A stretch of DNA of 64,000 nt from Longimicrobiales bacterium (lineage in GTDB: Bacteria; Gemmatimonadota; Gemmatimonadetes; Longimicrobiales; Gaopeijiaceae): NCBI GenBank assembly GCA_965248195.1, contig CBDFIQ010000002.1, positions 736,001 to 800,000 of the forward strand. The letters are read 5' to 3'. The notes under the pieces were generated by a model that did not search any database, had not been told where the DNA came from, and saw nothing but the letters and a program-made list of their open reading frames with translations. Shown piece by piece: positions 10,701 to 19,679 of the stretch (the first letter of the stretch is position 1; each line of letters opens with the position of its first letter). Made by a program: the position numbers and the translations under genes.

Positions 10701-10936
10701 CCGGACGCTGCACCGAAGTAGTACGTGTTGGGATCTCCGGGAACGCCCGTGACGGCGCTCACGCGGTTGCCCACCGGCCCGATGTGTCTGTAGGGTAGGC
10801 CTGAAAGGATATCCGAAGGGGTGATTTGTGATTTAGCGGGTGAGGCGGTCCAGGTGGACAGAACGGCGAAGACACTGAGCACCCTGATCGTTCCCCTGAG
10901 TCGGGAACGGCAGAGGCCGTTCGAGCGACGCCGCAT
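7721..10936 (-). CDS. Secreted VPS10/BNR (Asp-box) repeat beta-propeller protein, glycosyl-hydrolase/sortilin-like
   Basis: Many S/T-x-D-G-G-x-T/S-W Asp boxes; signal-peptide-like N-terminus after ATG 10936; 'YRHIGPVGNR', 'DLVVATYGRGFWIMDD'. Confidence 0.85.
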   Translation of the reverse strand: MRRRSNGLCRSRLRGTIRVLSVFAVLSTWTASPAKSQITPSDILSGLPYRHIGPVGNRVSAVTGVPGDPNTYYFGAASGGVFRSTDGGHQWTPMFDEQDAASIGAIAIAPSADNVIWVGTGEPFIRSNVSIGDGVYRSTDGGTTWEHKGLSATGRIGRVIVHPTDPDIVYAAALGHLYGPQEERGIFRTTDGGDSWERVLFVDENTGGVDVVMDPNNPQILFAATWQMFIRTWGRWSGGPGSGIYMSRDAGDSWERLEGRGLPSGTMGKIGLAMTASDSDRIYALIETNSNRDYEPLDEHEGVLWRSDDGGASWSMVNADHTLAQRPLYYSRVVAAPDEPDEVHFLSTRYSRSLNGGEDYSVGDPGVDSHDMWIDPLIPDRMIVGHDGGLSISTDRGMSWWRPRLPIAQMYHVNTDTRIPYQVYGNRQDGATQMGPSNSLRSSGISIGEWRSVGGCETGFSVPDPVEPNIVWAGCYDGILSRYDHRLGLARRVSVWPANAEGWAAGELRYRFQWTFPIHISPHDHERIYVGSQHVHVTTNGGQSWEALSPDLTTNDKSKQQKTGGLTPDDAGPTYAAVLFAIAESPRQEGVIWTGSNDGLVHLSRDGGQTWTNVTESIPDLPPWGTISNIEPSPHDAGTAYLTVDLHQLGDTAPYVYKTTDYGISWASLSQTIPRSVFSYAHVIREDPVRPGLLYLGTENALYVSLDDGGNWTRMRNNLPPAPVHDLTIQGHFNDLVVATYGRGFWIMDDITPLRELTEEVIASEAHLFTPRTAYRFLTRQRSQSQPEDPGAGTNPTYGASISFYLKRVPADGVRLEIHDEGGQLVQLLETGLLRPGINRVHWDLQEASSDTPTLRTKPLEHSHVELPAEGSRSSGEGSRVTPLAPPGSYTATLHAAGFEFRQPLMLLKDPNSGGSELEIQEQVSMVREIRESVDSVVAVIDEIEWIRAQTQLVRERNADHAAVEEIREAGGTLETELVELEMRLFDVRLTGGSARQDILRWPRRLYARLTSLAGYITGTDDRPTDQSREVFEMLRSELGDYQRQMVAIREDVATFNRLLADRGIDPIPLN

Positions 10937-10946
10937 TTGATCCTCG

Positions 10947-11009
10947 TCGGGAAAGGGCCTGGGCCGATCGGGAAAGGTCCTGGGCCGGTCGGAAAACGGG
11001 ACCGGCCCC
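10947..11009. repeat. Imperfect 21-bp tandem repeat x3 just upstream of the VPS10-protein start
   Basis: tcgggaaagggcctgggccga / tcgggaaaggtcctgggccgg / tcggaaaacgggaccggcccc. Confidence 0.7.
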
Positions 11010-11111
11010 GCTGCCATCGCACGTCGGGAGCGACCCGTGCGGAAGGATTCTAGCGGGATTGCAGGACTCGGGACAACGGCCTCGAGGACGCGCTCGAGTC
11101 GCCTCGGGTGG

Positions 11112-12277
11112 CTATTTCATTCGAGCCGCCTCGGTCCGCCGCTCCCCGAGAGTCCTCCACCTGAAGCGGGACTCCCAAGCGTTCGCCTTCCCCTCGACTC
11201 TGTCGGAGATCACGGATCCGATAAGCGGCGCGAACTTGAACCCATGGCCGCTGCCTCCGGTGGCGACCAGAAGTCCTTCGCGGTTGGGGTCCCAGTCGAT
11301 CCAGAAGTCCCCGTCCCAGGAGTCGCAATAGAGGCAGAGGCGTCGCCGGATAATTTGCGAGCCTGCAAGGCTGGGAAACGTATCTGCAAGAAAGTCTGCA
11401 AAGACCTCGTCCGCCTCGGCCGGAACGATCTTTTCTCCCCTTGGATCAACCGGGACACCACTTCCGTGGTTGGCAACCTTCACGGTGCCGTCCGGCTGCG
11501 CTGGAAAGCCGCACCAGCCGGTGTTTCTGATATCTGCCGCCCAAGGGGGAAACCGCTTTGGCTGGTACGGCTCGGGATCGGCCGGCTTGAAGTAGTAAAC
11601 GGGCTGACCCACGCACCGGAGCGCGTCACCCATCCATGGCAGTAGTGTCGGAGTCCAGGCACCGGCTGCTATGACCACGATTTCAGACCGATGCTTCGCG
11701 CCGCGGTCCGTCACGATCCCGGCGACGCGAGATCCCTCCTCCAGCAGCGCCTCATCCTCTCCCCCTCCCTCAGGATGACGCCCGCCTCACACGCCAGAGT
11801 GAGCAGCCACGCCACGACGTTACCGCTCTCCGCCCATCCGGCGTTCGGATTGAAGTAGCCGTCCGGGTACAGGCTCGATGTCCAGGCAGGGAACCGTCTT
11901 CGGAGACGCTCGCCGTCCATCCGTTCGACATTCTGGCGGAGAGACCTCATGATCTCACGGCTATCATGCTCGAATCCACCGGGTCGCATCCTTTCACTTG
12001 CGAGAATCAAGAAGCCGGTTTCGTGATAAAGCGTACGCCCGGCCTTGGCATTCCAGCGGTGCCACTCCCCGATACAATCCAGGGCGAAGCGGGCGTAAAA
12101 AGCGTCTCCGCCATAGTCGGCTCTTATGATCTTGCTGACATCGGTCGACGAAGCTTCGGGGTGAGGCAGGGGGCTGGGGTCCACCAACATGACGGAGTGG
12201 CCCCGAAGCCGGAGTTCGAGCGCGGCACTCGCTCCGAAGACCCCCGCACCAACGACGAGGATATTGCTAGCTTTCAT
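11112..12277 (-). pseudogene. FAD-dependent oxidase of the monomeric sarcosine oxidase / pipecolate oxidase / fructosyl-amine oxidase family, split by a single-base deletion near 11750
   Basis: N-terminal 'ILVVGAGVFG' and 'SSTDVSKIIRADYG'; C-terminal 'RLCLYCDSWDGDFWID' and 'GGSGHGFKF'. Adding one base at …agg atg [g]ag gcg ctg ctg gag… joins the two ORFs. Could be a sequencing error. Confidence 0.85.
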
Positions 12278-12330
12278 CCTCAGCACCCTAGTGTGGCGTT
12301 CCAGAAGTATCTCGCAGGGTTTCAGCCAGG

Positions 12331-12371
12331 GCAACACGCAAACGAGAATTCTGACAGCCGCCGACGTGCGC
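12331..12371 (+). repeat. Degenerate direct copy of the start region (15961-16001) of the cyclodeaminase gene
   Basis: gcaacacgcaaacgagaattctgacagccgccgacgtgcgc vs gcaacatgcaactgagaattctgacaaccgccgacgtccgc, 36/41 identical. Confidence 0.85.
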
Positions 12372-12373
12372 TG

Positions 12374-12416
12374 CTGGGATTCAGGGCGTCGCCGGTTCGA
12401 ATCCGACCGTGCCGAC
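12374..12416 (+). other. 3' fragment of a tRNA-Pro-like gene (att-site-like scar)
   Basis: ctgggat-tcagg-gcgtc-gccgg-TTCGAAT-ccgac-cgtgccg-a: anticodon loop remnant, variable loop, T-arm and a tRNA-Pro-type acceptor 3' strand; no 5' half upstream. Confidence 0.7.
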
Positions 12417-12597
12417 TTGAGGGAAGATAAGGCCCGGTAACGTCTTATGGCGCTACTGGCGTGGGGATCTGAGGCGCATCACGAACCGCAGAAGCTTGAT
12501 GACGCGCACGGACTCACCGTTAGGCTGACGTTGCCAGCGCCGGGGGTCGGATGAGAACACTTGCAATTCGGCGGAACTTAGGCGCATTTTGTGCGCC

Positions 12598-12729
12598 ATG
12601 TCCCATCACCTGTCCCGCCTGAAACTCGCCCTCGAAGGCCGCTACGCCATCGAACGTGAACTCGGCGAGGGTGGCATGGCCACGGCTAAACACGGGCTCC
12701 TCCATAGGAGGGCACCTTGGCCATTCTAA
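12598..12729 (+). pseudogene. N-terminal stub of a Ser/Thr protein kinase
   Basis: MSHHLSRLKLALEGRYAIERELGEGGMAT then unrelated sequence and a stop; covers kinase subdomain I only. Confidence 0.8.
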
Positions 12730-15030
12730 AAGGCACCGAGGTCGGTCCATACGTCGTCGACCATTTCATCGATGCCGGGGGGATGGGCGAGGTCTACAGT
12801 GCGACCGACCCGTGACTTGGCCGGAGGGTCGCGATCAAGGTTCTTCCGTCCGAGTTGGCCGAGAAGGAAGAGCACCGTCGCCGATTCGAGCGAGAGATCA
12901 AAGCGATTTCACGCCTCAGCCACCGGAACATCTGCACCGTTTATGATACGGGTCTGCACGACGGGCGCCCCTTCATCGTCATGGAGTACCTGGAGGGTCG
13001 AACCCTCGAGGCTGTCCTTGGCGCTGGATGGATCAAGACGGAACAGCTTCTAGACGTGGCGATCCAGGTCGTGGCCGCCCTGGACGCGGCACATCGCGAG
13101 GGCATCGTCCACCGCGACATCAAGACGGCGAACATCATTCTGAATGACCGTGGTGATATCAAGGTCCTGGATTTCGGGATCGCGAAGGCCGTGCCGTCTG
13201 GATATAGCGGGAGGCTGACCGGTGGGCAGCTCACCAGCGATGGTATGCCTCTGGGCACATTGATGTTCATGTCACCGGAGCAGGCTTCCGGAGGCGAGGT
13301 GGATGCTCGCTCGGACCTGTTTTCCACAGGCCTGGTCCTTTATGAGATGGCCACCGGTCAACTTCCGTACGAGGGCCCGGGGGCGGTGATCCTGAGCCAG
13401 CTGGTTTCCACAGAGCCCGTTCCCCGGCCCGTCTTGCTGAAGCCCGCGATCCCGCCGGAGCTCGATCGAATCATCTGCCGTGCCCTCGAGAAGGATGCGG
13501 GAATGCGGTACCAGACGGCCGGGGATATGCTGGCCGCCCTGAGGGCTTTTAGGCGGGATTTTACGACGGGCTCAAGACCGCAGACTGGAACGCCGCCGTC
13601 GGCAGGCGGCGCTCCCCCTCTCGCTGCGGTTCGGTGGCTCACATGGAGTCGCGGAGTTGCATTACTCATAGCGGTGGCTGCCCTCGGAACCGCGTGGCTC
13701 GGCTTCGGGCAGTGGTTCGGTGGAGTGGGAGTCATCCGGAGTATCGCCGTACTCCCGTGCACCGATCCCTTGGGAGAACCCCAGTGGGATTACTTCTGCG
13801 ATCTCATGGCAGAGCGGGTCCGGGCCCGCATCAACGCGATCCCAGACGTTTCCGTCGCCTCTCCACTGGAAATCCAAACCTTCGCTGGGCGCGGCCTCGC
13901 GGAGGTCGAGATCGGCCGGGGACTGGGCGTGGACGGCGTGCTTGTTACCCGGTTGGCGAGGCAGGGGGAACAGCTCACGGTGATCGTGGAACTCACCGAC
14001 GTCCGCACGGGAGAGTACAAGTGGGGCGATTCTTTCGAAAGCGGCCCGAACGGTGAGGAGGCACTGCACGCTCGCCTTGCTCTCCGTGTGGTCCAGGGCC
14101 TGGAGCTGGAGTTAAGCGCCGCGGAGCAAGAACGAGTGCGGCTGGCGCAGCTCCTCAACGACGCGGAAATTTACGCGAGCGAGCGAACCCGTGATGGCCT
14201 TTTGAGTGCAATCGCGACGTACGAGGAGATCATTGCCGTGGACCTCGGGTTCGGACAGGCCTTCGCGGGGATGGCGATGGCTTGGGTCCTCACGCCTTAT
14301 TATGCTGGGACCGCCCCATCCGACGCCTATCCCAATGCGATAAATGCCGCGGATCGTGCGATTGAGATCGACCCGCGTAACGCCGACGCCCATGCTGCCA
14401 AGGGCTTGGCTGCCCGGGATTTCACAAGGAACTGGGTAGAGGCAGAGCGACATTTCCAGCGAGCCTTAGAGTTGGAGCCGAACGCGGGGCAGGCCCTCCA
14501 GTGGTACGCGGAACTACTCGCCGGACTCTCTCGGTTCGACGAGGCACTACAGAGGATCAGGCAGGCGAGAGCAGCGATGCCGCCGTCGCTCCGCCTCACG
14601 GCCGAGGCGGTGGAGGGTTGGATTCTGCTTTGCGCTGGCGAGGTGGACCAGGCAAGGGAGATGCTCCTCTCAACTAGGGCCAAGAATCCCGAATTCCCGC
14701 TGTCCAATTGGTTTCTCGGGCAGCTCCATATTTCCGAAGGCGATTACCCTGCCGCGATCTCGGCGTTCGCGACGGCCGCGGAATCCCCAGACGGGTTCAG
14801 CCGGATGGTAGCGGATCTAGCCAGCGCTTATGCTTTGAACGGTCAGAGGGATGAGGCTGAGGAGTTCTTAGCAGAGCTGGAGACCAGGAGCGTCTCTGCG
14901 TATGAATACGCCGTTGTACATGCCGCCATGGGCGAATCCGATCAGGCGATCCGCCGACTTCAGGAGGCCATCGAAGACGACCAGACCTGGCAAGTCGTCA
15001 ACATGGGGATCGATCCCATGCTGGAGCCCC
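12717..15030 (+). pseudogene. Hanks-type Ser/Thr kinase with TM segment, TolB-like and TPR domains; in-frame TGA at 12813-12815 and truncated 3' end
   Basis: RBS aggagg then TTG at 12717: MAILKGTEVGPYVV…GGMGEVYSATDP*LGRRVAIKVL; 'HRDIKTAN', 'DFGIAK', 'GTLMFMSPEQ'; similarity ends at 'IDPMLEP'. Confidence 0.88.
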
Positions 15031-15858
15031 ATGGCACGAGCGGACCAGGTCCTTCCTCAGGGGCTGAACGCCCTCAGGGCGGACTTGGGCGAAGGCTCTC
15101 GCGTTGCAATCATCAGCCTCGGGCCGGGAGACGGGGCATTCGATGCCCGGATCGTCGAGGAGTTGATGGATCAGGTCGAGGTGGACTCATACTGCGGGCT
15201 GGACTTCTCGTTCGAGTTGCTCCGTCAAGCCGTACATCGAGTCTCAGAGGCTGTCGGCACAAATGGGCAATTCCCAATCAGGGCAATCTGCGGGGATTTC
15301 ACAGATGCGAGCACGTATGCGTCCTCTGAGCGTTCTTCGGACCTGGTAAGGCTCTTCGCCCTCACCGGGTTCACACTCGGGAACTATTCCGAACAGGACC
15401 TCGTGGGGCAGATCAAGCTGATGATGGATGAGGGCGACTACCTTTTCCTCGATGCCCGACTGCACGGGTTCGGTACTGACCTGGATCGAGTCACGGATCC
15501 CGGCAGCCGGCCTGAATCGATGGTATCGAGCTACGACTTGCCTAGTGTGCGTCGGTTCGTCTTTGGGCCCGCTGAGGTAGCGACTCATGCGACTGCGGAC
15601 GATGTCGAGATCGACTTCGAGATCGTCCGCCGACGAACCTCGGTCCCAAATGCCCTCAACATGCTTATCCACTGCCGCGACCTCCACACAACGATGCGGC
15701 TGACAGGCCAACCGGTACGGCGGAGCCGCCTCGACCTGGCCTCCACAACGTCGTACAACCTCCCCGATCTGAGTTCCTGGTTTGAGGAGCAGGGGTTCTC
15801 GACTGTGTGGCAGGCGGCGAACGGCGACATCGCGTTCTTTCTCCTGAGACGGAACTAG
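15031..15858 (+). pseudogene. EgtD-like (Methyltransf_33) SAM-dependent methyltransferase, apparently 5'-truncated
   Basis: Motifs 'IISLGPGDG', 'GLDFS.ELL', 'AICGDF', 'GFTLGN', 'GDYLFLD'; abuts the broken kinase end with no RBS. Confidence 0.6.
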
Positions 15859-15965
15859 AGGGCCTCGCACTCCAGCAGCTGCAGCCGGATCAGAGCGATT
15901 GATCGGCGGGATTCGCAACTTTCTTCCTGGCGTTCCCGCTGTGAACTTTCCTTGGCCGGTGCAAC

Positions 15966-16940
15966 ATGCAACTGAGAATTCTGACAACCGCCGACGTCCG
16001 CCTCTGCATCGAAATGCGGGGGGCGATCGAGGCTATGAAGACGGCGTTCGCACAGCTCTCTTCCGGCGAGGCCGTGATCCCAGATCGTGTATCTATCGCT
16101 TCGGGTGAGGGGCGTGTCAGCCTGTTCATGCCGGGATACCTTCCGCGGGAAGACCAACTCGCCGCCAAGGTTGTTTCCGTGTTCGGAGACAACCCGAGCC
16201 GCGGCCTCCCGGTGATTCAGGGGGTTGTGCTCGTGCTCGACAGCGCAACTGGCTCACCGGTGGCCCTCATGGATGGGACCCACCTCACGGCGCTTCGGAC
16301 CGGTGCGGCGAGCGGGTTGGCGACGCACCTTCTCGCTGTACCTGGGGCGTCCGTGCTCACAGTGTTTGGTGCAGGGCCGCAAGCCCGAACGCAGGTGGAG
16401 GCGATCCGCGCCGTGCGGCCCATTCGCGAGATCCGGCTCGTCTCTCGCTCCACGGCCAGCGCCGAGGTAATGGCCGAAGAACTGCAGGGCGTCGACGTGC
16501 GCGTCATGGACGATCCGGGACATGCCGTACGAGGCGCCGAGGTTATTGTCACCGCGACCGACAGTCGCGAACCGGTTTTTCCCGGCCTGGCGACCGATGC
16601 GGGTGTACACGTCAACGCGGTAGGGGCCTTTACCCCGATGATGAGGGAGGTGGACGCCGATTTCGTGGCTCGGGCGAAGGTCGTTGTGGATGCCCGGGCC
16701 ACTGTGATGTCCGAGGCGGGAGACCTTATACAGGCCATAGGCGAAGGGGCGTTCTCGTTCGACGACATCCATGCAGAGCTCGGGGAAGTGGTGGCCGGCG
16801 CTGCTCCGGGGCGAGAGAGCTCGGAGGAGGTCACGTTGTTCAAGTCGGTTGGAAACGCAGCGCAGGACGTGGCCATCGCGTGTAGAGTGCTCATGGAGGC
16901 CGAACGGGCGGATGTGGGCAGGGTCATCGAACTGGCCTGA
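15966..16940 (+). CDS. Ornithine/lysine cyclodeaminase / mu-crystallin family protein
   Basis: Motifs 'LTALRTGAASG', 'FGAGPQARTQ', 'HVNAVGAF', 'TLFKSVGNAAQD'. Confidence 0.92.
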   Translation: MQLRILTTADVRLCIEMRGAIEAMKTAFAQLSSGEAVIPDRVSIASGEGRVSLFMPGYLPREDQLAAKVVSVFGDNPSRGLPVIQGVVLVLDSATGSPVALMDGTHLTALRTGAASGLATHLLAVPGASVLTVFGAGPQARTQVEAIRAVRPIREIRLVSRSTASAEVMAEELQGVDVRVMDDPGHAVRGAEVIVTATDSREPVFPGLATDAGVHVNAVGAFTPMMREVDADFVARAKVVVDARATVMSEAGDLIQAIGEGAFSFDDIHAELGEVVAGAAPGRESSEEVTLFKSVGNAAQDVAIACRVLMEAERADVGRVIELA

Positions 16941-17021
16941 GGTTGCGTCTTCCTCACCTGTGGGCCATACGGGGCCTACATTGGCCGCTGCCCACCCTGA
17001 TGTCCTCCTAAAGGGACTCAA

Positions 17022-18539
17022 GTGACCCAAGGCGACGAAAAAGAACTCGGCGAGATCGCCCGCTCGATCGAAGCGCTCTTCGCCAGAGAAGAGGTGGTTC
17101 AAAGTACCGAGGCCGTGGCGTCCGGAGGAGCAGCCCGGGCCCATCCCCATGTCGCGACTGCGCTTGGGCTCGAGGGGGAGCTGGACGCCGCCACCGAGCC
17201 GGATCTAAAGCCTGCACTCGGCGATACGTCCGAGGCGGACCCCGGCGCCCCCGCCGATGTAGAGGACCGGGAAGGGACGCCCATCGAAGTCGAGCCCGAG
17301 GCAGACCCCGTCACCGCCGCCGATGTAGAGGACCGGGAAGAGACGCCCATCGAAGCCGAGCTCGAGGCGGACCCCGTCACCCCGGCCGATGTAGAGGACC
17401 GGGAAGGGACGCCCATCGAAGCCGAGCCCGAGGTGGACCCCGTCACCGCCGCCGATGTAGAGGACCGGGAAGGGACGCCCATCGAAGCCGAGCCCGAGGT
17501 GGACCCCGTCACCCCGGCCGATGTAGAGGACCGGGAAGGGACGCCCATCGAAGCTGAGCCCGAGCTGAGTGAAACAGGGCAGGCACTGAGTGAAGCGACG
17601 TCCCAATACCTCGAGGCGCCGACTCACGTGCGGGGAGGGGCGCAGCGCGTACTGCGCTCAGCCGTCGAAGCGTCGCGTTCGGCGGGCGCCTTCGGCGAGA
17701 TCGCTTCGAGTGTGAATACCTTGTTTCTCCGAGGTGCCGGGGATTCAGGCGTTTGGGCCTTGGCTGAAGAGTTTGTCGATGAGGATGTGATGCCCCAGAT
17801 GGTGGTCCAGCTCGGGCGCGTTCGGGACGAGGAGGAGCGCGCGGTGTTCATTCAAGCCTATGAGAGGCTCGGCGACCCTGCCGCGGACGCGATCGCCGAC
17901 GCCCTCACCGACACGGAAGATCGTTCGGCGCGCAAGACGTATGTGACGGCGCTCGGGGCCTTCGACACAGCTGGAGCACATGCGGTCGAGAAGATGTTGG
18001 AGGACTCCCGTTGGTTCGTCGTCCGTAATGGCGTTTCTGTGCTGGGAGTGGTGGGTGAACCGAGTGCGATCGAGCATCTGACGGGCAGCTTGGCGCACCC
18101 ACACGCTAAGGTTCGGCGAGAGACGGTCCGGTCACTCGCCAAAATCGGCGGTGAGAATGCGGGATTGTTGGTATCGAGCATGCTTGGAGATTCCGATGCA
18201 ATAGTTCGGGCCGCGGCCGCCCGAGCGATTTCCGTGCTCAAGGTGGAGCGAGGGTATAAGCAACTCCTGGAGATCCTCAAGAAGGGCGACGAGGAGGTAG
18301 TGATCGAGCACGTCCTTCGAGCGCTCGGCGCGTTGGGCGACCCATCGGCCGTGTCGGCGATCGAGAAGCAGGTGAAGCGCTCCATCTTCTCGCGTCCGCC
18401 GAAGGGAGTGCGCCTCGCTGGCCTTGCGGCGTTGGCCGCCATAGGCACGCCCCATGCCATGAGCGTGGTCAAGAAGGCCAGGACCGACAAGGATCCGGAG
18501 ATCAGCTCGGTCGCTGTCAAGCTCCTCTCAGGAAAGTAA
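17022..18539 (+). CDS. HEAT-repeat protein with acidic N-terminal tandem repeats
   Basis: PBS-lyase-type HEAT repeats ('DSRWFVVRN', 'VRRETVRSLAKIGG', 'VRAAAARA'). Confidence 0.8.
   Translation: MTQGDEKELGEIARSIEALFAREEVVQSTEAVASGGAARAHPHVATALGLEGELDAATEPDLKPALGDTSEADPGAPADVEDREGTPIEVEPEADPVTAADVEDREETPIEAELEADPVTPADVEDREGTPIEAEPEVDPVTAADVEDREGTPIEAEPEVDPVTPADVEDREGTPIEAEPELSETGQALSEATSQYLEAPTHVRGGAQRVLRSAVEASRSAGAFGEIASSVNTLFLRGAGDSGVWALAEEFVDEDVMPQMVVQLGRVRDEEERAVFIQAYERLGDPAADAIADALTDTEDRSARKTYVTALGAFDTAGAHAVEKMLEDSRWFVVRNGVSVLGVVGEPSAIEHLTGSLAHPHAKVRRETVRSLAKIGGENAGLLVSSMLGDSDAIVRAAAARAISVLKVERGYKQLLEILKKGDEEVVIEHVLRALGALGDPSAVSAIEKQVKRSIFSRPPKGVRLAGLAALAAIGTPHAMSVVKKARTDKDPEISSVAVKLLSGK
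17231..17564 (+). repeat. 66-bp (22-aa) coding tandem repeat x5
   Basis: gccgatgtagaggaccgggaag recurs at 17253, 17319, 17385, 17451 and 17517; encodes ADVEDREGTPIEAEPEVDPVTP. Confidence 0.95.
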
Positions 18540-18578
18540 GAGCTTTCGCGCGGCTCGCCCCACTCCTTCAACAGGCGT

Positions 18579-19679
18579 CTAGACGGTTCCCAGTAGGCGC
18601 CCGAGCGTACGCAGCAACTTCGCGCCCTCGCTGATCTCCTTGCGCATGGAGGCCAGCCGCCCCCCCTGCTTCGAGTGATCCAAAAGCGCCGTGATCGTGG
18701 TGTCGACCCGCTTGTTGTCGGGGAACGCCGCCTCCATCCGGAGCGTCTCGGTGTATGGGATCAAGCGATCGTTGCGCCCGTGAATGAGTTGGACGGGGGT
18801 CGCGACACGGTTCAGGAAGGGGAGCGGGTCCAAGAGGGGAGCGGCCTCCATGGCGGCGCGGGTCAACAACGGCGTGATCCGCTCCGCTTCGGTCTCAGCC
18901 GGCTCGCGGTCTGACGGAGGGGCGAACAGATCGAAGATCTCTCTGCGGTCCTCCGACAGCTGTTCCCGAAGCTGCTCCTTGAGCGTGTCGTAGGAAGGGT
19001 CCCACGCCCGGATCCGTCGTTCACCGGCTTCGACAGCGAGGCGCCACAGGGCGTCGGAGACGTCTTTGGCGTTCTGATATTCGGGGATCGAAGTGAGGTG
19101 GTTCCCCCCCATGATCCACCGCCCATATGGGTCAGGCCGAAGACGATGTGTGGCATCACCCCATTCAAAACGGCCGGTCATCTGAAACCGGACCATGCTC
19201 TCTATGTCACAATAACCCCCGAACCCGATAACGCCCGCCAACTGGTCCGAAACGTCTTGGTGAGCGGCCGCGATCATCACTTGCGGCGCACCGAAGGAAA
19301 AGCCGATCAGCCCATAGGGCCCGTCCGAGGTGCTTGGCAGCGACCGGAGGCCATCGAGCGCGGCGCAAACCGTCGGGAGGGTTCGTTCGGGCTCCAGCCG
19401 TAGGTCGACCCACTCGGGAACCTGGGGCACGAGAACGGCAGCCTTGGACGACGCGAGGGCGCGAACAAAACGCAGCAGGGTCGGGTGGAAGCGCCCGGGT
19501 CGGGTAACCCCATGTAGAACGACCCATCCCGGCAGGTTCCGGCCTCCCCCGCTCGGCAGAGTGACCGAGGCCGGAACTTCGCGATCCCCTCTGGGCAAGA
19601 CCGTTTCGTACTCCTCTACGGCCGACCTGCCCGTGATCCAACTCCCGACGGCTCGGGTGGTTCTCAACACCGTGGTCAT
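18579..19679 (-). CDS. Alpha/beta-hydrolase fold protein
   Basis: 'VVLHG', nucleophile elbow 'GFSFG', 'LIHGRNDRLIP', late His. Confidence 0.7.
   Translation of the reverse strand: MTTVLRTTRAVGSWITGRSAVEEYETVLPRGDREVPASVTLPSGGGRNLPGWVVLHGVTRPGRFHPTLLRFVRALASSKAAVLVPQVPEWVDLRLEPERTLPTVCAALDGLRSLPSTSDGPYGLIGFSFGAPQVMIAAAHQDVSDQLAGVIGFGGYCDIESMVRFQMTGRFEWGDATHRLRPDPYGRWIMGGNHLTSIPEYQNAKDVSDALWRLAVEAGERRIRAWDPSYDTLKEQLREQLSEDRREIFDLFAPPSDREPAETEAERITPLLTRAAMEAAPLLDPLPFLNRVATPVQLIHGRNDRLIPYTETLRMEAAFPDNKRVDTTITALLDHSKQGGRLASMRKEISEGAKLLRTLGRLLGTV

Noticed and set aside
12340..12420. Complete tRNA gene
   Set aside because: No 5' acceptor strand or D-arm upstream, a mismatch in the T-stem and no CCA; only a 3' fragment is supported.
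15031..15329. C-terminal 100 aa of the 824-aa kinase ORF as a real domain
   Set aside because: It is out-of-frame read-through across the deletion junction into the methyltransferase fragment.
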